Origin: Octopus sinensis | Lineage: Eukaryota | DNA: 64,000 nt | Assembly: GCF_006345805.1 (NCBI RefSeq) | Contig: NC_043002.1 | Location: forward strand, 42,594,001 to 42,658,000 | Reading direction: 5' to 3' | Shown here: positions 1 to 12,064 of the stretch, in pieces | How the letters are laid out: every line of letters begins with the position of its first letter | Numbering within the stretch: position 1 is the first letter of the stretch | Position numbers and translations under genes: made by a program | The notes under the pieces: generated by a model | What the model saw: the letters and a program-made list of their open reading frames with translations, nothing else | Databases searched by the model: none | Told to the model about the DNA's origin: nothing

Positions 1-619
1 ATATAGGGCTCAATGAGAAAGATTTAGAAAGTTGAACCACGCTATGGCTTGATGCTGATTGGTCGGTTAATCGGCCGATCATGTGAAACTTCCGTAGCTT
101 GGTCGTGAAGCCTACCCATTGATTCAGTTTTGAATGCGCTTTACCATCTCCGAAAGTTTAGCATTTAAGTAGATATGCACGTCAAGACATGCAACTATGT
201 GCATGAGAATACATACATAAAATAAAACATACAAATCTGCACATACATTGACTGCAAATAGTGAACCAATACTTATTGATGTTGTTTAAAGTTCCAATGG
301 AAGAGCCTTAGATCTAGGTTAGAAACAGACTTCCCATTGGTAAATAATCTAGAAATAAAACTAAATGACACACACACACGCACATACACGTACTCACGCA
401 CACATGTATAAACGAATTAGTGGACAAACGAAAGCAGGGCACTCAACACATTTATTGGGAGTTACATGTATGGATCAAAACAAGTTTGATACAAATTCCT
501 TGGTACTTTAAGTTTCAAAATGTGATGCTAATTCTCAGCTAAATTTTCAATGGCTGCGGATTAGCATCACGCTTTGAAACTAAAAGTACTAAGGAATTTG
601 AATCAAATTGTTTTGATCC

Positions 620-620
<1 letters not shown>

Positions 621-650
<30 letters not shown>

Positions 651-705
651 TGTATGTATGTATGTATGTATGTATGTATGTATGTATGTATGTATGTATG
701 TATGT
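621..705 (+). repeat. (TATG)n microsatellite
   Basis: Direct reading; explains the HTYI-repeat ORF at 539-742. Confidence 0.95.
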
Positions 706-846
706 GCGTGCATGTGTGTGTATGTGTTATGTATGTAGGCATGTTCTCTTTCTCTTTTCAGTTTCAGAGTAAATTTTGATCGGCCACCAATTTGGTAGCA
801 AGGTTGTGAAGGAAAGTATCTTTTTTTAATCAGTATTCTTTAATTC

Positions 847-1310
847 TTAAGAAGATCTTGTAGGTTTAATAGTCCCAAATATCGTAATCATTTGTAGCAT
901 ATGAATTAAGGAATTGCATTCTCTCCTTAAGATCCCAAGTCTAGCCATACTTTGCCCTAGACAGGTTGGTATGTATCCTGTTGCTCCAATAACAATAGGT
1001 ATGAAGCCAAAAGTGTATCTTGGGTACTGGATTTGGAAACTACTTATCAATGGTCCATAGATGTCCTCTTTCTCTTGTATTTTTTTAATGCTATTCACGT
1101 CCAGAGGGAAACTGATTTCCACAACGGAACATATCTTTTCTTTGCGCTCCCACATAGCGATATCTGGCCGGTTGTGCAACTGTTGGCAACTTGGCAACTG
1201 TTTTAGTTTTTAAGTTCCAGCAATATTTTTTTAATGTATGTATGTATTCAGCTCTCTCGATCAACAGAGGTAAATGTACTACATACCTAGAAAGCAAACT
1301 TCTTAACAAC
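847..1310 (-). mobile_element. 3' fragment of a restriction-like-endonuclease (RLE) non-LTR retrotransposon (R4/Dong/HERO-like), degraded
   Basis: ORF 847-1197 reads HNRPDIAMWE..VEISFPLD..K..EKEDIYGPL..IPIVIGATG, the PD-(D/E)xK endonuclease pattern of RLE-clade LINEs. The upstream frame carries the adjoining YCWNL segment. Clade assignment is from motif recall only. Confidence 0.7.
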
Positions 1311-2034
1311 ACAATGGTTTTTAAATGTTAATTCATTTTCAGTCAAAAATGAAAACATACCCATAAACTTGTCAATTAAAGATATTCAACACCACAACAA
1401 AGGTGTATGAAATAAGATATAGAATAAAAGAAATACCTGTCTAACTTGTATAAACAAGCTATCGGACGACCTATGTAGAAAGAAAGCCGAAATAGAATAT
1501 ATTTGCATAAAAAATGCAAACAGCTTGGGTCAAGTATGTAGAACGATGGTTAGATTGATGGAAATGAGACTGAGCCGTGGAGACAGTAAAAACACTTAAC
1601 AAGAATAACGGGTCTACTCTATTATTTTTTTCGTTGACACATTTTAAGTTACATAAGTTCTATATCATTCCCCAGTTTGTTTGCTGTACATATTCAGTTT
1701 TTGTGTGAAGCTCTGTTTAACCTACCCACTTCTGTACAAAGCTGATAACTATTACAGACGCACCCACGTAAGATTGCTAAACTTATGATTACTTTTATTA
1801 TACATTTTAAGTGGAGTGTTTCTTCGCCAGAGAGCTTTGTTGTTGGTAAGAGGTATTTTCTTTTCTATCAAATATTTTTTTCTCCTGTTATTTATTGAAA
1901 TGCTGTAAATATGTATTTATATATCGTTCTGGACATTGAATTTTTCATTATCACTGTTATTGTCATAGAAAACAATACGTACAATAAATTAGCAGAATCA
2001 TTAGGTTGTCGATATAGTGCATAGTGGTATGTTA

Positions 2035-2850
2035 CGCACTGGGGTCGATGTAATCGACTTAATACCTATGTCTGTCCTTGTTTGTCCCCTCTGTGTTTGG
2101 CCCCTTGTGGGTAATAAAGAAATAGGTATTTCTGGCAGCTCTTTACATTTTGAGTTCCAATTCCGCCGTGCTAATTTTGCCTTTCATCTTTTCGTGGTTG
2201 ATAAATTAAGTACCAGTGAAACACTGGAGTCGATATAATTCACTAGTCCCCTCCCACAAAAATTCACGCCTTGGGCCTATGATTGAAAGGATTCGGCAAG
2301 CTGGCAGAATCGTTAGCACGCCTGGCGAATGCTTGGCGGTATTTCGTCCGCCGTTACGTTCTGAGTTCAAATTCCGCCAAGGTCGACTTTGCCTTTCATC
2401 CTTTCGGGGTCGATAAATTAAGTACCAGTTACACACTGGTTCGATGTAATCGACTTAATCCGTTTGTCTGTCCTTGTTTGTCCTCTCTGTGTTTAGCCCC
2501 TTGTAGGTAGTAAAGAAATAGGTATTTCATCTGCCGCTACGTTCTGAGTTCAAATTCCGCTGAGGTCGACTTTGCTTTTCATCCTTTCGGGGTCGATTAA
2601 ATAAGTACCAGTTACGCATTGGGGTCGATATAATCGACTTAATCCCTTTGTCTGTTCTTGTTTGTCCACTCTATGTTTAAAAAAAATTATTATTATTATT
2701 ATTAGATCGTCGGACAAAACGTCTGGAGATATTTGTTCTAGTTCGTTTCGTTCTGAGTTCAGATCCGACGAGGTCACCTTTGTCATTTGTTCTTCATGGA
2801 TAATAAAACAAAATACCAGTCGAGTACTGGAGGGCAATATAATCGACCAA
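2035..2850 (+). repeat. Tandem cluster (about 4-5 full/partial ~180-bp units) of a tRNA-derived SINE with a Meta/Sauria-like core
   Basis: Repeated GAGTTCAAATTCC (B-box) followed by GTCGACTTTGCCTTTCATCCTTTCGGGGTCGATAAATTAAGTACCAG at about 2150, 2365, 2545 and 2755. One A-box-bearing head at about 2295. Confidence 0.75.
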
Positions 2851-4223
2851 GCCACTAAATTTTAGTTTTTCAAACGGAAATGTAAATCGCTGAATATAAA
2901 TGTTTAAAAATACAAAACAAAAGAAATTAAAATGTTGAAAGCCATAGCTTTTGCAAAGAGCACCAGAAACTAAAACAATTTATTAGCCATACCTACACAA
3001 GTGTGCTCCATCGCGACTTTGTTTCTTCATAACTTTAAGGTAGAAAAATAGTATGTTAAACGAAATTCCCTACGAATACCTTTCAGATGGTTTAGATTGC
3101 CGTTATATTGGAATTTAATGCAAAAAAAAAAAAAAATTGGTGGGCGCGCACACACGCTAATGCAGATCACATATATATCTACTATGTGTGTCAGTAATGT
3201 ACGTGTTTTTCTTTTTTTTTCTCCCCCCCCCCCATTATTTTTCACATTAAATTCTTCTATAATTGTAATGAACACTATCTGAAAGGTATTTGTAGAAAAT
3301 TTCATTCGAAAATACTCATTTTCCTGAAAATTATGAGGAAACAAATTTGGGTGGGGACACGCTTGTGTAAATATACCTGATACTATATACAACGTGATTT
3401 ATTTTAATTCGGATCTGCTCGTAAACAATCAAGGCTTATTCGTATCATTTTACAAATGTTTAAATAAATCAGTCAACCTTTCGTCATGTTAGCTCTCTTC
3501 CTCTAGAAATACTATCCCTCGTGCCTACACAAATATATTCGTCAATTAGTTAAAATAATCTTTGAAGAAATATTGTTAACATTCGTTATTTCTATTAAGT
3601 ATGGGTGTATTCGCAGTTCTCACTATACACTTGTATTTTGTTAGGAGGAAGAACATATTCTGAGATTCGAAACCAAATCGCAAGAACTAATAGTATATCA
3701 CTCATTTTTTTTTTTTTTTTTTGCGTTAGAAGTTTTCAACGTGGGCGGTAATCTCCCACCCCACGAGGGAATGCTGGGCATGTCGAATTGGGCGACTAAA
3801 AATTCAAAGTGGTGCCCCAGCATGGCCGAAGTCTAATAACTGAAAGAGATATAAGAAAAAAAAAATAGGTAACAGTAATTATATTATACATGATAAAACT
3901 AGTTATGGCTATTAAAATAAAATGAGGAGTAAGTAGTATGCTGCTATTTCTAGCAGGTCGAGCAACTGTATGGAATCAACACAGTTGTTTTACTTGATAC
4001 AGAAAATTTAGCTAGAACTCATTAGACACAGGAAAGTCATTAACCTGCAATGTATAAAGTAAATTTACAATTTTTGTCTTTATTACGTTCATGTTTGCCG
4101 AAAACTTAATAATCAACAAGGCAGAACCATTTAAAGTTATATATCTTTAACCAATGAAATTAGTCCAATGTCCTCAAAAGCGGCCATCGAAACTGCATAG
4201 TGACCATGGCAACAAACAGACTG

Positions 4224-4625
4224 GGATCTTTTCGGTTTGAACGGCAGTTTTAACATAATTTTTAGGTAACTAAAAAATTTTAAACTTCGTATACTGGTAG
4301 AATGTGTTTATGAAACATCTTTTTCTCTTGGCTTTATAGAGAAAATTCTATAGTTTGTAAGATATTTGTTGTTGTTTTTCTTCAATTTCTGCAATTTCAA
4401 CCAATCAATGACGTCTATTGAGGTGAAAACATTCTGTGCCGTATGAATATGTCCCTTGTTTAAGAAACAGATTGGGTTTATTTACATTTGTGAAGAAAAA
4501 AAGATACACCCCCCCCCCTAACCCTAACTCTAACCCTAAAACAAATTGAAACGCAATAGACCGATATGAGTGACAATTTCATATGACACAGCTAGAAAAA
4601 ACTGCCATTCAAACCGGAAAGATCT
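4224..4625. mobile_element. MITE with ~28-bp terminal inverted repeats
   Basis: Left GGATCTTTTCGGTTTGAACGGCAGTTTT; right AAAACTGCCATTCAAACCGGAAAGATCT. Short internal AACCCTAACTCTAACCCTAA. Confidence 0.75.
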
Positions 4626-4811
4626 GAAATTTCAGATGTTGCAAACCACTGTATCAGGAATAAATTGGGGGGGGGGGGTGATGGGCGTGCTCTCATACAT
4701 ACTGACAACATTTTTTTTAAAAATTTCAAGTTTCATTTGTTGATATAGGTGTACAGGTGTAATGTGTGTCAGTATGTATGTGTAGATATATATAAGCTAT
4801 AAATTTTCATA

Positions 4812-5300
4812 ATAGGCGTAGGCGTGGCTGGAGGTCATAGAGGAAAATTATTTCTACAGGGTGATAGATTCCTTTACTAAGGATGAATACAATTATCTCT
4901 TATGGGGCCCCGGCTTGCGACTACAGGCAGAGTAAGAGGTCTCAGTGCCTTGATTCGAACTTGGAGATTGGTAAGAGGCTCAGCGCCTCAGTTTGTAATT
5001 GTTGTAAGAGGTTCAACACCTCGTTTATGTTTTTAAAAAAGAACAATGTTACCAGAAGCAACAATTGGTGGGCGTTGGCTGCTTGCCCCACCAACCATCT
5101 CTTTTTCATTCCATCATCATCATTGTGTCTGTGTCCAGCCCGCAAAGCTTCCATCTATATTATGCCTTTATGACAAATGTAATGAAATAAAGAAGGTTGC
5201 TTCCAACCTCATGGTTCAGGGTTCAGTCTCACTTGGGCGAGTACCTTCTACTCAAGCCTCGGGCCTTGTAAGTGGATTTTGTAGACAGAAACTGAATAAA
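4812..5300 (+). mobile_element. tRNA-derived SINE (family A) whose head is split by an insertion at 4831-5189
   Basis: TAGGCGTAGGCGTGGCTG (4813-4830) resumes as AAGAAGGTTGCTTCCAACCTCATGGTTCAGGGTTCAGTC at 5190, colinear with uninterrupted copies (e.g. 25410-25862 minus). Confidence 0.8.
4831..5189 (+). mobile_element. 5'-truncated copy of an ORF1-only non-LTR element (diverged relative of 12449-14496)
   Basis: Open frame 4831-4935 (EVIEENYFYRVIDSFTKD..) aligns with the C-terminus of the 394-aa ORF1 (EVLLENDMCRIENSFPED..). The 3' ~170 nt share AAAAAAGAACAWTGTT, AGAAGCAA, GGYGGGCG, TGTCCAGCCCG and the terminus CAAAT..AATGAAATA. Confidence 0.75.
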
Positions 5301-5499
5301 TTTTGCCCCAACCCTCCGTATTTTAAAGTGTATAAGGAACCCTCTTATATAAAGAAACTTCTAACTTTTGGGGCTTAAAATTTCGAAAAAAGGTTTTGCA
5401 AGACATTTTAATACTATCCGTGTTTAAGAAACTCCCATAATTTTTAAACCTACTTTTTGACAAAAAAGTAGGTTTTGACATTAAAATACAGTATATGGC

Positions 5500-6195
5500 G
5501 CTGGGTGGGGCAAAATGAGTAGCTTTTGATTTCTTGTTATTTACTTTTTACCTGTTTGAAATAATTACATTGCAAGTATTGTATTATCATTTTGTAATGT
5601 TGCATTGTTTTTGGAGTAAAAATTGCTCAACACTGTTGTTAAAGTTGAGAGAGTCTGAATCATAGTCAGGTGGCAGGTTCACCTTTTTCAAGAAATTTTT
5701 CCTCTACTTCGACCCTATTGTAATTGAGGTTGTTACTAAAATATTTGGACAATTTTTGGTGTTTAACAATCAATATTATTTTCTCTGTTGGATTCTGTCA
5801 ATTTTCACCCCATGTCTAATTTGATAATTTTCAAGTTTCAAAAAATGATGTCTAAAATGGAGTAAAATGAGTAATGTTTAATTTCTATAATTTCTTCTCT
5901 TTAACTGCATGGTTAGAAAATCTATCTCAAAGAGGACACTCCAGTAAATTTTGAAGAAGCTATCGATAGTATTTTATGTTGTTTTTTTACCTTTTTCATT
6001 ATTTAGTCGAATTTCAATAAATTCATATCATGTGCCATTTTTCCCTGAGCCTCTTTTATTTGACCTAGAAATTTAATTTTTCTTTTTGTGATCTTTTTGA
6101 TATCAGGGATGGATATTGATGTGCATGAGTCTGTTTTCTAGAAAATTGAAGCGTCAAATATACTTTATCATGGCTTACTCATTTTGCCCCAGCTA
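5500..6195. mobile_element. Non-autonomous DNA transposon remnant
   Basis: GGGGCAAAATGAGTA near 5507 and its inverse TACTCATTTTGCCCC near 6177; an internal copy of the motif near 5858. Confidence 0.5.
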
Positions 6196-6609
6196 AATTT
6201 GTCTTTTATATGCTCAAAGAGAACGGCAATAATTTTCTGAAATAACGACCAGATTGCTATAATGTTTTTAATGCATTTAGGGAAGGCCATTTGCTTAGCT
6301 GATATAGATTTTGTAAGGTAGTGAACATTTGTAAAAAAATACATTTTGCCTCAAAGTAAAAAAAATGCAGTAAAAACACCTAATTTTGCTCCCTGCCATT
6401 TATACAGGGTGCGATAAAAGTTGTGCCCAATTCCTGCTTTAGGATTGATATATATGACTTCCCAATTGGGAGATATTTTTGATTCCTAATTCTTGTTTTA
6501 TGGGTTGGGATATCAAAGAGTATTAACAACATGATACATGGTCCAGATTTAGTAAGTTTCAAAACTGTCAGTAATAAACCTACAAAACAAAGGCATGTCT
6601 TTCCAGAAA

Positions 6610-8440
6610 CTGGCCACTACTTCTGATTCGCCTTGTATACACACATAAACATGTATGTATATATGTGTGTGTGTATCTTTGTGTTTGTGTTTGTCCTCCA
6701 CCACCGCTTGATGACTAGTGTTGGTGGGTTTACATCCCTGTAATTTAGCAGTTCCTCAAAAGAGATCAATTGAATAAGTGCAGAGCTTAAAAAAAAAAGT
6801 CTTGGGGTCGATTTGTTTGACTAAAACCCTTCAAGATGATGCTCCAGCATAGCCACAGTCAAATGATTGAAACTAGTGAAAGATAAAATGAAACATGGAA
6901 GTTTGAAAAATTATGCAATGTGTGTCAGTATGTGAAGGCGTATGGCCTGGTGTTGAGGCTGTTGCACTCATGATCGCTAGAATATGGGTATGATTCTTTG
7001 ATTGGACAGTGCATTGTGTTCTTGAGCAAAACACTGCATTTCACGTTGCTCCAATCCCACTTTTGATCAGTGGGGAAATGTTGGCCCGGTTGCCTAGCCA
7101 GTGGGGTGGCATCATTTGAAAGCTAAAACAATGCAAAAACACATTGTGATCAGCAATATGTAACAACATTTGACAGCCTGGTCAGTCACGTAGTTATGTG
7201 ATGTCAGTATATATTTGTGCGCACCCATCAATTTTTTCTTCTTCACATTAAATTCCAATGTAATCGTAATGTACACCATCTGAAAGGTATTTGTAGAAAA
7301 CTTCATTAAAAAAACACATTTTTTTCTGAATAACATTAGGAAACTAAATTAACTTCTGTGAATTGTCCAAAACTCCTCTCCTCTCTTCTCTGAAAAAATT
7401 TTCACAGCAAATACTGATATAATTGGAATCTACAATATCTAAATGGTATTTGCAGAAAATTGAATTAAAAGATATACAGGTGTAGGGGTGTAGTTAAGAA
7501 GCTTACTTCTCAGCCATATCATCTTGGGTTCAGTTCCTCTACTGCATAGCACCTTGGGCAACTGTCAGTCCCAGATTGACCCATCGGAATCTGAAAGATG
7601 TATATATATGTGTGTGTCTGTTTGTTACCACCCCACCACCATCACCATCAGCATCACTACTACCATCACCACTTGACAACTGATGTTGGTTTGTCTACAT
7701 TCCCATAACTTAGCGTTTCGGTTTGAGAGACTGATATAATAAGTACCAGGCTTAAGAAATAAGTACTTTCACTGATTTATTCGACTAAAACCCATCAAGG
7801 CAATGCTTCAGAGTAACCGCCGTCCAATGATTGTAAAAAAATAAAGGATGGAAGTTGTTGAGGTGTTCCTTTGTATAGGTATACCGAATAATAAAGTACT
7901 CGATATTATGTAATACCCAATAAAAGAACTAATGATTATAATTGGAATGTCTTTGATCATAGGACACCACATCTCAGATCATCAAAGATCCAAGACGTGA
8001 TAGTCTGTGCTGGCAAAAATCAGAGGGAAAAGTAAGTTCAGGTGATGCGAGAAGTTGGGTGTAGCCTTCATCGGTGAGAAAATGAGATGTAACATTTCTT
8101 ATCTTGTATCTTTTAATTGTTTCAGTTATTGGACAACAGTCATGATGACGCTGCTTTCAAGGGTTTTAGTCGAACAAATCAAAACTAGTGCTTGTTTGTT
8201 TTTAAGCCTAGTAGCTATTCTATCACTCTCTGTGGATGAACTGCTAAGTTATGGGATGTAAGCAAACCAACACGGGATGGTGGGAGGGCACAGATACACA
8301 CACATATATACGATGGGTTTCCACACTGTTTCCATCTGCCAACTTCACTCACAAGTAAATTGGTTGGCTCAGGACTATAGTAGAAGGCAATGACCTTAGG
8401 CACCACATTGAAACCAATAGTTGCGAAGCAAACTTCATAA
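6610..8440. mobile_element. Cluster of decayed SINEs: family A at ~6610-6890 (+), ~7476-7850 (+), ~8105-8440 (-); second tRNA-SINE family B at ~6935-7200 (+)
   Basis: Recognisable internal blocks (GACAACCGATGCTGGTG-like, GGGGTCGATTTG..GACTAAAA, CCAGCATGGCC..CAGTC) and tRNA-like heads. Confidence 0.7.
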
Positions 8441-8602
8441 CCACACAGATATACCTTTTGTGATTTTTCTTGGGAGAAAATTTGCTTAGATGAGATGCAG
8501 TTCAGTTTTGTGCTCAGTAGAAGCACCACTGATGCTATATTCCTGGTTTGACAACTGCAGGAGAAATACCTAGCTAAAGATAAACCCCTCTACATAGCTT
8601 TT

Positions 8603-9277
8603 GTGGACTTGGAGAAAGCCTTTGACAGGGTTCTCCGATCCCTTATCTGGTGGTCGATGTGGAAACTGGAGATTGACAAATGGCTAATAAGGGCTGTACA
8701 GGCCCTATACAGAGAGGCTGTCAGCAAGGTTAGGGTTGGCAATGAGTATAGTGAAGAATTCCGGGTAGAAGTAGGTGTACACCAAGGTTCAGCCCTCAGT
8801 CCCCTTTTATTCATCATAGTCCTCCAGGCAATAACAGAGGAATTCAAAACAGGATGCCCCTGGGAGTTCCTCTATGCTGATGACCTGGCTCTCATAGCAG
8901 AATCACTACCGGAACTAGAAAAGAAATTTCGGGTGTGGAAGCAAGGTTTAGAATCAAAGGGCCTTAGAGTAAATGTAGCAAAGACCAAGGTTATAGTAAG
9001 CAGAAAGGCAAACTCATCACACACACCCTCGGGCAGGTGGCCCTGCTCGATCTGTAGGAAAGGTGTAGGTAGAAACTCCATAAGATGTACCCAGTGTAAG
9101 CTATGGATGCATAAGAGGTGCAGCAACATCAAAGGGAAATTAACTGATAAGATAGCTTTCATGTGCGGCAGATGCACAGGGACAATAGACACCACAGATA
9201 CTCAGAAAACAGATTCCATCACCCTCCAGGGGGAGAAACTAGAAGTAGTTGATAGTTTCCGCTACCTAGGTGACTAA
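8603..9277 (+). pseudogene. RTE reverse transcriptase fragment (ORF2)
   Basis: ORF-track protein with YADD motif and a Cys-rich segment (CSICRKG..CTQC..C..C). Confidence 0.9.
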
Positions 9278-9963
9278 GTCAGTAGTGGAGGTGGATGCTC
9301 AGAGAGTGTCACCACTAGAATACGAATAGCCTGGGCAAAGTTTAGAAAGCTCTTACCCCTACTGGCGACAAAGGGTCTCTCGCTCAGAGTGAAAGGTAGA
9401 TTGTATGATGCGTGTGTGCAAACCGCCATGCTTCATGGTAGTGAAACATGGGCTGTGACTGCAGAGGACATGCGTAGACCTGAAAGAAATGAAGCTAACA
9501 TGATACACTGGATGTGTAATGTCAGTGTGCACGCATGACAGAGTGTAAGCACCCTGAGAGAAATGCTGGACATAAGAAGCATCAGATGTGGTGTGCAAGA
9601 GCGACGCCTGCGATGGTATGGTCATGTACTGCAGATGGATGAGAAAAGATGTGTGAAGAAGTGCCGCTCCCAAACAGTTGAAGGTATCAGGGGGAGAGGT
9701 AGACCCAGGAAAACATGGGATGAGGTAGTCAAGCATGACCTCAGAGCACTGGGCCTCACAGAGGCAATAACGAAGGACCGAGATCTCTGGAGTTTTGCTG
9801 TGACTGCAAAGACCCGGGCTGCTTCCTGCACCAGTTCCGCATAGCCCCAGCCCATTCAAAGTACCTTGGATTTCAGAACAACCTGCTGTGCTTGAGGAGA
9901 CCTATTGAGTCAAGTACATGAACATCGAAATAAATATCAATGGAAATAGTAGTTGTGATACCT

Positions 9964-10175
9964 GTGCCGGTGGCACGTAAAAAGCACCATCCGAACGTGG
10001 CCGATGCCAGCGCCGCCTTGACTGGCTTCTGTGCCGGTGGCACATAAAAAGCACCATCCGAACGTGGCCGATGCCAGCACCGCCTTGACTGGCTTCTGTG
10101 CCGGTGGCACATAAAAAGCACCAACCAATCGTGGATGCTGCCAGACTCCCCTGGCACCTGTGCAGGTGGCACATA
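9964..10175 (+). repeat. 67-bp tandem repeat inside the RTE 3' UTR
   Basis: GTGCCGGTGGCAC(G/A)TAAAAAGCACC units start at 9964, 10031 and 10098, with a further partial unit after. Confidence 0.85.
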
Positions 10176-11189
10176 AAAAGCACCCACTACACTCACGGAG
10201 TGGTTGGCGTTAGGAAGGGCATCCAGCTGTAGAAACACTGCCAGATCAGACTGGAGCCTGGTGCAGCCTCCTGGCTTCCCAGACCCCGATCGAACTGTCC
10301 AACCCATGCTAGCACGGAAAACGGACGTTAAACCATGATGATGATGATGATGATGTTGCTATCAGGCAAGAGATTTCCAGGAAAGTTTATATTTGATTGG
10401 TACTTTGTATTCATTTGTCACTGATTTTATTGCTCAAGGAGAAAAAAGAAAGATAAACTTAATGAAAATGGAATTTGAACTCAGAACTCAACAAGACAAA
10501 ACTAAACCTGTCTTTCCTTTTATGTGCATAGTAGTTTAAAAGCCACACTCTGTGCAGACTTTTGAGCTAGCACCTGTGGAGGACTAAAGAGAGCAGTGAT
10601 GATAAAGCATTTATTGGTACCCTACCAATATGTTATTACCCTATGAATATGGTATTACTTTAAATTCAGTTTAAATGAAAAACTTGTAAGTTCACACATC
10701 TTTTGAGTTCTTTGAAAATTTGAATTTCCAACTGTTAGCATATAACAAATTCTTGTCCAGAATCGGATCCCAATGCTGGATGTTCAAGAACCAAATGAAG
10801 AGTAGATTTTCAATCCCGGGGATCATCCTGATTCCAAAATGGCATATCAATATTTCTATGCAGAGCAAATGTAGACTGAGATACAGGGGTCCTGGACAGA
10901 CAGACAGAATTTCGCGTTTAACATCATAGATACTGATGAACAACAGAATGAAAGGACAAATGCTAAAACATCACACAGTTAACAACTGTCTTCTGTTCAT
11001 AGATCTCAATGATGTAACGTTACATTCAAACATGATGGAAGGTGTATATAGTTTCATAAAAAGTAAACGAGCAAAACGCCCCCCCCCCCGTCCAATGGAC
11101 GGTGCTGAGTTGTCAAACATTTAAACCAAATTTTCTCAAAACAACTTGTCCGACCGTCCCATAGGCCTCCCCTTTGAGAAACACTGATT

Positions 11190-11456
11190 TAACCTAAATT
11201 TGAGACACCAGCAAAAGAAGAAATAATGATAGACATTTTTTCTATTCCAAGAAAAACAATTTTACAAATGCACGTTCCCACAGCTTTATCAGTCGCATTC
11301 TCACCTGGAATCGATTTTTGTAATTTTTTCAAGACTTGTACACGCCCTGATACCGTCGGTATCTACATATCAAATTTAAGTGCAATCAGATGGAGGATAC
11401 CCGAAATCCTAGAAGACACACAGACAGACAGACAAATGGCTTTTATATAATAGATA
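11190..11456 (+). mobile_element. DINE-1/HINE-like (Helentron-associated) non-autonomous element remnant
   Basis: Ends ACAGACAGACAGACAAATGGCTTTTATATAATAGAT, the (ACAG)n plus TTTTATATA end typical of such elements. Assigned from recall. Confidence 0.45.
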
Positions 11457-12064
11457 TGCTAACTGCTGACATGGCTGTGTGGATATGCATTCACTTTAAT
11501 ACCACCTGGTCTTGGATTCTATCTTACTAGACAGCAACTTGGGAAAGTGTCTTGCGTTGTAGCCTCAAGTTGGCCAATGCTTCATGAGTGGATTTGGTAG
11601 TAAGCTCATCATTGTGTGTCTGCATGTGTGTTTGTGTCAATGAATGATAAAGGAACAGGATTCTTGTAATCCCTTTCATTAGCTAACGTCTGTTTCTGCT
11701 ATATAAGTAGTGTTGCTCTCTGAGCTGAGTGCGTGTGCGACATCTTGGAGCTTTCCAAGGGGGCATTTGAATGAAGTGTATGTATATTACTGAAAACACT
11801 TGAATTCGTAAGGTTGGTTTCATGCAGAACCATAAGTATAAATAACACAACAGTTTGTGTGTGAAGAACCCCGCCCAGTGTCTAATACATATGCATATAT
11901 ACACATGCGTGTGTTAAACCAGAATATGTATTCACACATATGAGTGCAAATATATTAATCAGACAATTGAATATACACACAATAACCAGATCACCTTAGG
12001 CAGATATACAAGTATGGAGAGAGATAAACTAATAGACATATGTAAAAAACAATCCAACTCTCTT

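Larger units (their letters stand above)
8480..10355 (+). mobile_element. 5'-truncated RTE-clade LINE, relatively young
   Basis: RT motifs FVDLEKAFDRV, GVHQGSALSPLLF, FLYADDLAL. C-terminal RRLRWYGHV..GRGRPRKTW. 3' UTR ends in a (GAT)n tail. Reading frame is interrupted by stops/frameshifts. Confidence 0.92.

Noticed and set aside
4519-4540. Telomere-like CCCTAA repeats
   Set aside because: Only 2-3 imperfect units, internal to a MITE.
9902-10307. CRISPR-like regularly spaced repeats and the repetitive ORFs over them
   Set aside because: The spacers are themselves repeated, the array lies in a LINE 3' UTR in a eukaryotic context, and there are no cas genes.
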